From the NCBI RefSeq assembly GCF_009914755.1, contig NC_060926.1: a stretch of 64,000 bases of DNA; one strand, written 5' to 3'. Source of the stretch: the human T2T-CHM13v2.0 reference genome, Homo sapiens. Each line of letters opens with the position of its first letter. Position 1 is the first letter of the stretch. Both the position numbers and the translations under genes were made by a program. Below the pieces are notes generated by a model. It saw only the letters and a program-made list of their open reading frames with translations, had not been told where the DNA came from and ran no database searches. Positions 45,180 to 61,298 of the stretch are shown piece by piece.

Positions 45180-46780
45180 GTTTTGGGATGTCATTCGCTT
45201 TCAGGCCTCCCCTGGCATTGTGGAACACAGAGCTCTGCACATAGTGGGTCTTCTCTACCTTCCCTAGCACTTTCACCAGATGTGTTTGGCTTTGATGTTT
45301 CAGAGGAAACAAAAGCTGACCCCTTTGTGATCCCCTGCAGCTTACAGCCACTAGATTTACAAATGGCTTATGTCTAATCTCCTCCCCTCCTGCATTTATT
45401 TCGATACAATGAAGTTGGCGTTTCTCTGTCCTTCTGCTGGAGTTAACCCTTCCCCTGGGTTCTGGATCACATCCCTTCCTGTCCAGGGACCCCTCCCTTT
45501 CCTAATTGTGCCCACTTCAACCACACCTTCTTTACTGGTTCCTTCCCATCAGCAATTAACCATGTCCAGGCCTCCCTTATCTTAAAAAAATAAAATATTA
45601 AAAGCCATGTCATGATTTCTGTCCTCCCCCTACAGCTTCCACCCTGTATTATTCCAATCCTTCACAGCCAGACTTCCTGAGCTTCTTCCACACCCTCATT
45701 CCCACAGTCTGCCTCCCACTCAATTTCCCAGGCACAGCATTCTGACTTCACTTTTCCTTCATTCAGATTAGTCTCACTAGGGTCACCTGTGACCTTGTCA
45801 CTAAGGCCACACTGCTGACTACACTTTCCCTATTGAAATACTTTCTTTCTTTGTCTTCTCTGATTCCATATTAGCCTGATTTTTCTCCTACCTCTGACCA
45901 CACCTCAGTTTCCTTTGCAAACTTTTCTACTTTTGCTTTTCTTAAATGTTGATGTTCTCCACTATTCTGTCCTAGGTTCTCTTCCCCTCTAATTCTGAAC
46001 AATCTCCCAGGGAAAGAGTCTACTCATTCATTTGCTGTCTGTACACAGGTGACTCCCTTATTTCTGTTTCCAGCCCAGACCTTCCTTTCTTTGAAGTGCC
46101 AGATCTAATATCTGATACCTTAAACTAAAAACTGACTGAATTTATATCCTTTCTTGGTTGCACTGAAATACTCTTCCTGTGATGGCTCCTCATCAATCTA
46201 TAGTGGTGGCTCACACGCCTTAGTGTGCACTGGAATCACCTGGAAGGCTCGTGAAGCTACAGAGTACTGGCCCGCAACCCCAGAGGCTCCGAGTCTGTAG
46301 GTCATGGACGGTGCCTTTTATTTTGCATTTCTAAGAGCTCACAGGTCATGTCTATGCTGCTGGTAAGGAAGCTCTGTTATAAGGAAATCAGGCAGTCTTT
46401 CCCACACCCTACTCTACCTCATATACCTCCCCACTTCCCCACTAGCATCTAAATATTATAATTTTGCCAGTTTTGCCTTCTACATACCTCTCTAGCCAGG
46501 ACCTTCCATTCCCTTGGCCACTAGTCTGATTTAGTGCAGTGACCTATTAACTGGCCTCCTGCCTCCAGTCTCACTTTTCCTAAATCTGTTCCCTGTTCAG
46601 AAACCTGTCTAAGCTTCCCAATACTTTAATCATGTCAGCCTTTTGCCACCATTCTCCTATAGCTCCCCATTGCCTTTGTGATAATCCAAACTCTGTAATG
46701 TTTAACTGGCCTCTGCCTATCTATGTAGTACCTTCTCTTGTTCCTCCTTACTCTGCACAGCATACACCAGGCACACAGAA
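45180..46780 (+). mobile_element. L2 fragments interrupted by MER5A (about 46202-46365)
   Basis: Pyrimidine-rich L2 motifs, plus MER5A ggaatcacctggaaggc...ttttgcatttctaagagctcacaggt. Confidence 0.65.
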
Positions 46781-47018
46781 AAATATCAGCAATTTATATA
46801 TATAACAATTACTGAGTGCTTACTGTGTTTTAGCCCCTGTGGCACTTTAACAGATATTAATTTCATTTAATCCTCCCATTAACTCCTTAGGGTAAGTTAC
46901 ATTTTACAGACAAGGAAATGTGACCTATTTTGTAATGCTGCCATTGTCCTGTATACCAGTCCTGTCCTGCCAGTTGTGTCCAAAATAACAGGGTTGGATT
47001 CACTTATAACTCGCTACA

Positions 47019-47357
<339 letters not shown>

Positions 47358-48169
47358 TTAATAGTAGCTAACAATTGTTAAAAAATATACTTGTGCCAGG
47401 ACACTACATGTAAACATAACTCATATAAACTATTTCCAGTGGGCAAAGGAGGAAATTCAGAGACAAAGAGTAATTTATTTGTTTGGAGCCACATAGCTCA
47501 AGCTCATAGGATCTAGGTTTGAATTTAGATCTTGTGACTCCAAAGCTCATGCTATCTGTCATGCCTATGGATGGAAGCAGTGAAATTATATAAGGAGAGC
47601 TGTTGATCATTAGGCAGCTTCTAAAATTTAAAACCCATCACTGTCTATAACTGAATTATAAAATTTTCCACAACCCTCCCACCCTAATTGGAACCCACCC
47701 ACATACACCCATCTTTCTTCCAGATCCCATCATACCTTGGTGGGAAGAGCTTGGACGTGGAGTCAGACTGGGTTCTGATGCCCCTCTACTAACCATCTCC
47801 TTGGATGAACCCTGGGATAAGTTAGTTTACTTCTTTGAATTGCTGGTTGCTTTTCATTAAAACTCAGGATATTAACAAGCAATGGGTTTCTGAAAGAAAA
47901 AAAAACCCTAAGATAATAATACTTTCCTCATGGGGTTGCTGAGACAAATGAATGTGAGTACCCACTTCTCCATCCTTGTGCCTTAATGAGATAGTACCTT
48001 ATCCGACAGTGCCTTAATGGAACATTGGGTATTATTGTAATGGCTTCCTTACCATCTCCTTGCTTGTGCTTACACTGTCCCCCTCCCCTATTCTTACCCC
48101 CATCACTGCTCCCCATCTATGCTCTACACTGCCACCCGAAAAAGATTTCTAAGATACAAATCCTAGGGA

Positions 48170-49440
48170 CTTTCCGTTAATCGTTATGGTGGGCTATTAG
48201 AGTCACCAGGAGGAAACTACTGAAAACCAAAGGCAGATACACCCTCCCACTGAAACAACTAAAAATATTTGGATTTAAAAAAAATCTCAAAGCATTAAAG
48301 AACTGACGGGCATTACCAGGTTAAAATTGGAATTGATAAGACATTGTAGGTTTGACCACCAGTTGCTGGGGACAGAAATAAGGTCCAGACTCTTTATAAG
48401 AAGCTGGAACCCCAAAGGGCTACACCATCAGGGTAGACATGAAACAGCAGCTCTCACATGGAAATGCAGCCCAGGTTCAAGCTGACTGGGTCAATCAAAG
48501 AATCTAAAGTCTTGAATTGGTTTAAGGACTGGTGCCTCTGGATATCTGGCAAAATCAAGTGGAAATTCTTTCAAAAGAAAGGTTTCTTCAACCTAGGCCT
48601 CAGATTATTCAGTGACCAGCCCATAAATATAACCAGGCATCCAAGGAAATCATACTTCAAAGACAAGAACCATAAGAAACCACAAACAACAGAAGCAGCT
48701 CTTCAAAAACATCATCAGGTACTAGAATCATCACAGTCTAAAAAATGTCTATTTGAAATCAGACTTCAAAGACAAGAACCATAAGAAAACACAAACAACA
48801 GAAGTGGCCCTTCAAAAATATCATCAGATACTAGAATCACCACAGTCTAAAAAAAAAGTCTGTTTCCCCTGTTTAAAGAAATAAAAGATAACTTTGAAGA
48901 TAACTCTGAATTATGACATAGCAAATTGGAAAAGAAACCAAAAAATCCTTCTAGAAATAAACATTAAATTAATGAAATTAAAAACTTGTGGATGAAGAAA
49001 AGTGTATGTTTGATTAAATATTTTGAAGAGAAAAAGTCAGTGGATAGATTTAACAGCAGATTGGATAAAGTGGAAGAGAAAGTTAACAAACTGGAAGACA
49101 GTAAGAAAAAAATTATTCAGAGTATTGCAATGGAGAGACAAATAGAAAATGCAGAGGAGAAGGCAAGAGACATAGAGAACAGAGTGAGAAGGTTTAAATA
49201 AGTTGAATTAGAGTTCTAGAAGAAGATGAGACAGAAAATGGGCAAAGGTGAAATTTGAAGACAGTGGCTGAGATTTTCCATAGCAGGCGAGATACCATTA
49301 AGCAGATTAGTGACTGCAAGTCTAATTTTTAAAAAAATATCCAAATTTAGATACACCAGGAGGAAACTACTGAAAGCCAAAGGCAAAGAGAAAAAAGCAG
49401 CTGGAGAAAAAAAAGTTTGTCTTCAAAGGAGCACTAGACT
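48170..49440 (+). mobile_element. Old L1M 5' region and ORF1 remnant
   Basis: ORF 48986-49201 (DRFNSRLDKVEEKVNKLED...ARDIENRVRR) is an L1 ORF1p coiled-coil remnant. Confidence 0.7.
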
Positions 49441-50865
49441 GACCAGGATAACCTTTTCTCATTAAATATAATTTAACCATTTCTCATTAAATATAATTCT
49501 GATCATATTATTCTCAGAATTTGCAATGGTTTTCCATCACTAAAATATAAAATAGATACTCTTCAGAATGTCATATGAGGCGTTTCATGGTCTGGTCCCT
49601 ACACCTCATTTATACACACACGGCTTTCCTCCTACTCAGTTTACTCTTGCTTGTGTGCCTTTGCACGCTCTCTTCTCCCTTTCTAAAATGCTCCCTCGTC
49701 CCATTCACCTAGCTATTTCCTACTCAGCCTTTCCATTCTCAACTCAAGAGTTTAGCCGCTCTGTCAAACTGCGGGGCTCCCATCTCATTGCCCTTAGGCA
49801 CACTGCTTGCCAGCAGTCATGAACAGCATGTGCTTTCAAAATTTGTTTGCATTTTTGTCTCCCTTCCAACATAGGAGCGAGCTCCCTGAGGACAGAGCTT
49901 GATACTCCATCAATATTCAGGATGCTCACTGGGTTGACTCCAGCATTTCAGGAGGTCCCATGCCATTTAAATAATATCTTGATACAGGTTTTCATGGCTC
50001 TTTTCATAGTGCCCAGTTCTTGCTAGTGTGGAGAACAGGTCACCACTGTCAACACCAGCGTCCTGCATGCTGTCATTCACTGGCTCCCCCTCTTCACTAC
50101 TCCTCTTTCCTCAGTGAAGCTGGAATAACAGTACCCACTTTACCCATAGTATAAGTTGTAAGTTAAAAGAGGTAATATAGGCGAGCATGCTGTGAAAATT
50201 CTTTGGCATCATACATTTTCATTAGCTCTATATCAGAGTGAAATTTGCTTAGGCCTAGGGATTTTGTGAAGAAAGGAGCTTATTGGTGCTCCTGAAGACT
50301 GTCCCTCCCAAGTCTTGCCTTGACAGGAGCTAGATGTGGGGTCCTAGAATGATCATAAGCACTCGTTAGCCCAGCAAGCTTGCAGCATCACAAATGATTA
50401 TTCACAGTGTATGTTACCTTGCCCCTGTGAGGACTTGTGTTTTCATTTCTACATTTCACTGAAGAGAGGGGGGCCCATAAGATAAGTTTTCCTAGTTGGT
50501 TTTGAGAGATCCAGAAGGGACATATTTTCATTTACAAATACATACTGCATTCTTTTCATTGAACTCTTTGGAAATTGTAAATTTCTGTGGCCCTCCATTC
50601 AGAGATTGAACAAGCTTGGATTTGTCAGCTTTGGACTTAAATCACTGCCATTATCTTAATTTGGGTTCTGATTGTGTCTCACCTAGATTCTAACCTCAGC
50701 TTTCTAAGATCTCTGCTACCATTGTCTCTTCATTCCAGGGTTCTATCAAATTCATAGCTCTAAAATACATGTGTGATATATAGCTCTTAAGAGAAGAATT
50801 GCCCTGGCATTTATAATGCTTTATAGGATAGTGTCCTAGCTTGTCAGTTTCATTGTCTGGGCCTG

Positions 50866-51347
50866 TATGTTAGAAAGTATATTCCGTAGAGAATAGCATT
50901 AAATCCTAAAATATCAGTGGCTTAAACAAGAAAGAAGTTAATTTCTATCTCACGTAGAAGATCAGAGACAGGCAGGCCAAGACTTGTAGGATAGCTCCAC
51001 AGTCTTCAGCTCATTCTGTTGTACTGCTCTGCAGAGTAGAAAACACCCTTGACCTCTGGCCTCCAGGACCAGGATGAGCGATCAAGGTCCAGCTATCAAA
51101 TCCACATTCCAGCCCGCAGGATTGAGAAGAGAGAGAAGGCTGGGCCTCTGCCTTGTAAGGTTACTCCTGGAAGTCACTAACAACACACTTTCCCCAGAAT
51201 CTTGTTGCCTAAAATGTAGACATGCAGGGATGTGGCTGAGGGATGTGGCCTTTTAACTAGGTGGCAGTATGCCCAGCTAAAAATTGGAGTTCTTTTTACT
51301 AGGAAAGAAGAGGCTGGATAATTGGGCAGTGACTAGTCCCTCCCACA
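50866..51347 (-). mobile_element. Old MLT1-type MaLR LTR
   Basis: cagtggcttaaacaagaaagaagttaatttctatctcacgtag. Confidence 0.6.
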
Positions 51348-51749
51348 GGGCCATTCTACCAGCGTTATTTCCCCCCTATTCTAGTTCCTCCCTACCCAGC
51401 ACTGTGTCCCCAACCTGTTAATAGCTACAGTAAATCTTTTACTGGGCCTTTACCATGGCAGGTCCACTCACAGATCTAGGTCTTTCACAAGTTCTGGCCT
51501 TTGTCTGGAGTGGCCTTCAACTTCCTTATTTCTCTTTGGAACATCTATATCTATATATCCTTCAAGGCTCAACTCACTTCCTCAGTGAATTTTCTTCATT
51601 AACAGTGACAGAACATTATCCCTTACTTTTGTGTATAGCAGTGTGGTGCACTGGAAGAGTTTCATGGATTTAGGGGTTGCATGGACTTGCATTTCAATAT
51701 CCTCTCTCCAGCTTGGGCTGGAAAGTTTCTCAGCATATAAACTGTTTGT

Positions 51750-52980
51750 AAAGCTACAGCCCAGGTCTGTTTTCTGAGTTCCAGACCTTCATTTTGAATT
51801 GCTTACTCAGTTTCTTCACTTAAAAGTCTCATATGTGACCTATCAAATAGAACCACCTCCGAAATAGAATTATTGATCTTTACCCCTTCCTCTTGTCTTT
51901 CCTGTGCCATAAGTGATGCCACTATCAACCTAATTGCTAGTGTCAGAAAGCTGGAAATAATCCTTGACTTCTCTTAGCTGATAATCCTTAAGCTCTCATA
52001 TGTAATTATCACCAAGACTATTCAACTCCAAAATATATCTTAATTCCATCTCCAATGCCTGCATCACAGCTCCAGCCTCTCATGCCTTGACTATTGCAGT
52101 AGCTTTTAACTGGTCTCCCTACACCCACTCTTAGCCTGCTCTTATCTTGCCCTGGGCAATGTTGCTGTCTTGCACAGAATCCTTACCCATCTTGCCGTTG
52201 TACTTAAATTCTGGCTTCTTATGTTCTGCAAGGCCCACACCTGACTTGGCACCTATCTACCTCTCATTCTCATCTCTAGCCATGCCCATTCTTGCTCACT
52301 GTGCTCCAGCCATGCCTCATGGTCTTTGTTCTGGTCCTTGATTGTGTGAAGAACTTCCTGCCTTTACCCTTTCCTGTGTGCCATTCCTATCTTGGGTCTC
52401 TCATTCTCCTCTTCACTCCTGTATACACTGTCCTTATGTCTCAATTTAAATTCTTTCCCTGATCTCTAATCTAAATCATATGTCCTTTCCCCCTTCTTTT
52501 TGGGATTATTCTTTCCTTCTTAGCATTTATTACAGTTTTTATTTTTTTTGAGACAGGGGCTCACTGCGTCGCCAAGGCTGGAGTGCGGTGGCACGATCCT
52601 GATTCACTGCAGCCTCCACTTCCTGGGCTCAAGTGATCCTCCCACGTGAACCTCTCAGGTAGCTGGGACCACAGGTGTACACCATCACACCTGGTGGATT
52701 TTTTTTTTGTATTTTTTGTAGAGACAGGGTTTTGCCATGTTGCCCAGGCTGATCTTGAACTCCTGGGTTGAAGTGATCCTCCCACTTCAGCCTCCTGAAG
52801 TGCTGGGATTACAGGCGTGAGCCAACATGCCCACCCTATAATTTTATATTTATTGAGTGATTATTTATATGATATTCCCACATTAGTCTATAGGGCTGGG
52901 ATCATATTTCTTTTAACACTGGATCTTCAGTGCATTAATGTGTTCAATAAATACACATGGAATAAATGAATAATAACTGA
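51750..52980 (+). mobile_element. L2 interrupted by AluJ (about 52536-52835, minus strand)
   Basis: gactattgcagtagcttttaactggtctccct and 3' end gttcaataaatac...aatgaatgaat-like, plus an Alu consensus inside. Confidence 0.7.
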
Positions 52981-53032
52981 TCTTGTGATTAAACAATGTA
53001 GTAGAGTCTCATTAAATTGACAACTTTGCTAA

Positions 53033-53335
<303 letters not shown>

Positions 53336-55198
53336 GACAACTTTACTATTCAGTGTGGCAAGACATGGTTGTTGGAAATGTATTAAGGTGATTCACCTTT
53401 TCAACCTGGCATTGTGTTTCTTTATATCCATTGACTGTTATCTGTGATTCTCACCTGTAAGGCTTTAAACCTTGGTTTAATTTATTAGAATGTAACTTTG
53501 TCTGAACAAAGCCTCATTTCTGCCAGGATATCCTTCTGAATATAGAACCTGAAAAGGTCATGTTCAGGTCTGATAGAAAATCATGATTGGGCCCACTTCT
53601 ATGGCTTGCCCTCTCTCTTAAGATGTAATTTGGTATAACATTTTGAACAGCCGACTTGCTGTTGTTGGGATGGAATCTGAGGTAACAGTCATTTGAAGAT
53701 GGAGCCATCAGTGATCATCACAGAAAGCTGTTTGCCCAGGATTTAGGCTGCCTTGGAAACCCAGTCCTCTCACTGCAGTGTCTTGATTGGTAGCATTTGA
53801 GACCAAACTAGTTGTCAAATATCTAAGTAGAGGATACTTATTCATGGTAATTCCACGCTTTGATTTTTTTCCTCAGTTACTTTGTTCTGCAGAGCACATT
53901 GGTGAGGTATGTTATGGAACAAACAGATCAACAACTTGTGTGGTTTTTTTTCTCTCTACAATTATAAAAAATGTTCTAAAAGCATTTGATGATTTTGGAA
54001 TCCTGAATTATGGGTTTAAAAGAAAAGTTGAACCTTGCTGATGTCCTCTTTCACTGATAGAGAGGGCAATCTACGATAGGAAAGTTTGTGTTTGCTTTTA
54101 CTTTTTGGAAAACAATGAGGATTCTGCATTCAGAGGGCACTTCAGTAGGTAGATTTCAGCATAGATGGAAAAGCAAACAGTTGATCATTCTTAAACCCCG
54201 GTAGGTCAGATCATGTCAGTGTTTCCAGAGTACGCCCAGAATGGTAAAAGTTGGCTTTAAGCTGAGTTTTTGCTAAAAGGCAGCCAGTCCTGAAAAGGAT
54301 TGATTTATTTACTTTGGCCTTGGCAACATCTAAATGATGATAAGTGCAAGTTTCTCTTAGCTCTCTGGAGAGGCTCCCACGTAAATTGGTTGTGACCCCT
54401 AGAATCCAGAATCCCTAACATAGTTGGATAAGAATATTTTGTGGGGAAATCTAATGTAACAAGTAAAGATTCAAAATTTTAAATGTTTAGAAGTGTGTAA
54501 TTTGCTGCTTTTGTTCATGAGTGTTTTTAATACTTCTGGTAGAGAGCCTAACTGCCTCTTTCCTCAGGAGATGTGGTTTCAGTTTCTTGGGTGAATGTGC
54601 GTTTTGTAAGTTTTTTAAGAAAGGAAATTAAACATTAAAAGACTTTAAGTACTTTACTCTTTATATAATGTCACTAAGAAAAAGCCAGGAAAATCAGGGT
54701 TGGGTTTTTAAATTTATTTATTTAATAAATATAATCTATTTTCCACCATTTTGTTTGTTATGGCTGGTACCAAAGTACTTTTAAAAGTTAACATTTATTA
54801 TGATTTTGTTTTATTTCAGCAGATGTGCATAATAAATTAACCTATCTCTATTCTTCATTTTGGGCTGGGGCAGCATTTAACATCTAGTTTTTTGGAATTT
54901 CGACACACAGGCTATTTAGTTTAATTCAACATAGTTTGATGCTCTCCAGTTGTATGATATTTATGATAGTATGTGAATAATGTTAAGTAGATAAAATGTG
55001 GTCTGCTGAGGCTGAGTGCTCAGCCTGAGTATAATACTGGTATGTGACAGGTCCACTGGCGGCCTGGGGTTCTTCTGTAAAGTGAGTAGTTTGGGGTAAC
55101 TGGTATCCAGGCATCTTTCTAGATTGAATTTTAAAATCCCACTAATTGATATGCATCTGGTTGATGACTCCTCTTCTCTCTTTATCTTTTTAATGTAG

Positions 55199-55299
55199 GA
55201 AGAGAGGATGGTGATGCACCGGTTACAAAAGATGAGACCACCTGCATTTCACAAGACACAAGAGCTTTATCGGAGAAATCCCTGCAAAGATCAGCAAAG
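55199..55299 (+). CDS. DIS3L2: DIS3L2 internal coding exon (exon 7 by recall)
   Basis: Pyrimidine tract plus taatgtAG ends at 55198. The first 2 nt (GA) complete the Gly codon from the previous exon, then [33 protein letters not shown]. Donor is AAG|GTCATT, phase 0. Confidence 0.94.
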
Positions 55300-55347
55300 G
55301 TCATTGCCTACAGATTTTCTCCACGTGTCCAAATGGCTTTCACCTGA
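55300..55347 (+). CDS. DIS3L2: In-frame read-through extension of exon 7, an alternative C-terminus [15 protein letters not shown]-stop (short DIS3L2 isoform)
   Basis: The frame continues past the weak donor to TGA at 55345-55347, and ATTAAA lies at 55437-55442. It matches my recollection of an annotated short isoform end. Confidence 0.7.
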   Translation, partial: VIAYRFSPRVQMAFT

Positions 55348-55736
55348 GCTACTTGTTGAAGATCTCGTGTGATTCAGTCAGGACTGTATTTGGTCATTTA
55401 ATCAGAAAAGTTAGAGCAGAGAATCATAAAAAGTGAATTAAAAAAAAAAAACTTTAAACATATAAATACGAATCCATCTTCCTGCCTTTGGATAAGGGGT
55501 CAAGGCCTTTTCTTTGAGTGTGGGTATGTTGATTGGAGTTCTGTGTTATCTTTCTTGCTTAAACCACACTTGTAATGCAGCATTTATCACTTTGAGTTTT
55601 GGTGGAGTGAGAATTTAGACAGTGGAGAAGCAGTATGAATATAGACTCTCTTCAGATTTGTACAGTTTTTGCTCCAATTTTTTTGTTGTTACCATGCCCA
55701 TACCTAATTTAAAAATAATTTTAATGTCTTTTTTAG

Positions 55737-56160
<424 letters not shown>

Positions 56161-56944
56161 TAAACACAGCTGACTTCTAGCTGTGCACATAGCTCATAGT
56201 GGCAGAAATGGTGAAGGGCAACGTATAAAGTGGCATAATGGCATGAGGCTTTATGTTTCAGAAGCATCCATCAGTGTGTTTCATATGGGAATGCAGTGTG
56301 CTTACTCTACCAAGCAAGTTGATTAATAGAGTATTGCTCTTGCATACTGACATGAGGAATTTCTAAATTATACTCTATATATTTGAGTACTAACTGTGCT
56401 CCAGGCAGCATGCTAAGTGTGGGAGATTAGAATGAATGGAAAGCCTGGGGATGGATCTGGCTCACAGACCTATTTTGTTTGACCTGTGCAGTATTTAAAA
56501 ATTTTGACTTCATGGCTTTCAGCAAAAAAAAAAAAAAAAAAAAAAAAGAGTCGTCGGTGGGCGGGGGTGGGGGTGTTCACATTAAAAATTAGACTTTTGG
56601 CTTCTCTTGTCAAAACAAAACATTTGGTAACACTGGGCCAAATTTCTAAATGACTGTAGTCAGAGCTGAGTAGAGGCAGCCCTGGAACCTGTGTTCTTTG
56701 ATTTGCTACTGCCCTCCAAACATGTTTTCCCTCTCCCTTCTCCCTTTTCCCTATCTCCCTTTCTTTTGGATAATGTTTTTAATGGATTCAACCAAAAATT
56801 ACAAGGCAAACAGCACTTGCCTGCGAAACTTATGCTATGGTAGAGTCATTTCCATGACAATTAACATTATATGAATTGCAAGTAATGTAGTAATGTCAGC
56901 CTACTTTATACGTTTCCGTGCTGTCAAACATTAAAACAAGAAAC

Positions 56945-58900
<1,956 letters not shown>

Positions 58901-58974
58901 TCTAGCAAAAGTTGTATAACAATGTATAATGCTGTCCATCTGTACAATTGTAATTTCTTTTCTGATCAACTCTA

Positions 58975-60520
<1,546 letters not shown>

Positions 60521-61050
60521 TGGTGGAGTGGTGGCCTCAATCTTCATCTAGTCAAATTAGAGCTTGGGCTTAATCTTGGAAAGAAGGAAGATCAAATATT
60601 TCTCCTTTCAGCTATTCAAGACATAATTAAGAGAAGTAATTTATGTCTGATAACCCTTTTACTTTTGCAAAAAGCACCTACCGTGTTGTTTGTGTGAGAT
60701 ACTAGTATTGTTCATGTGAGAAAAATATAATGTGAAACAAATACCTGGAGCTGTACTTCCCTGCTGGAGTCCCACATGTCTTTATAAGACACAGGTCATG
60801 GTAATAAAAGCACTTTGATTTAATTCATCCATGTATTGCATAATTTTTCTTGGATATGTATGCCTACTAGGTACTTCTTACAACTTAAATATAGATTACT
60901 AAGTCACAGATCATCACTGAGAGGCACTTATTTTGACCTAGAAAAACTGCTGGTTCCTGCTAGTTGATCAAATTATAACCTGCTGACCTCTCCCAAGTGT
61001 AATTCAGTTCTGCAGATAAACAACATTGACTATATCTTTGGTGTTTTTAG

Positions 61051-61298
61051 GTGGTTTACATCTTGGAGAAAAAACATTCTCGAGCAGCAACCGGCTTCCT
61101 CAAACTCTTGGCTGATAAGAACAGCGAACTGTTTAGGAAATACGCCCTGTTTTCTCCCTCAGACCACCGAGTGCCTAGAATTTATGTGCCTCTCAAGGAC
61201 TGTCCCCAGGACTTTGTGGCACGGCCTAAAGATTATGCCAACACACTGTTCATCTGCCGCATTGTGGACTGGAAGGAGGACTGCAATTTTGCCCTGGG
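61051..61298 (+). CDS. DIS3L2: DIS3L2 internal coding exon (exon 8 by recall), cold-shock/OB domain
   Basis: Acceptor gtttttAG ends at 61050 and donor GTAGGT starts at 61299. Translation [83 protein letters not shown] contains the Dis3-family F-x-P-x-D-x-R-x-P motif. Confidence 0.97.

Noticed and set aside
56524-56575. A-run followed by a G-rich motif (possible processed pseudogene end or G4)
   Set aside because: There is no upstream mRNA-like body or TSD, and only three full G-tracts.
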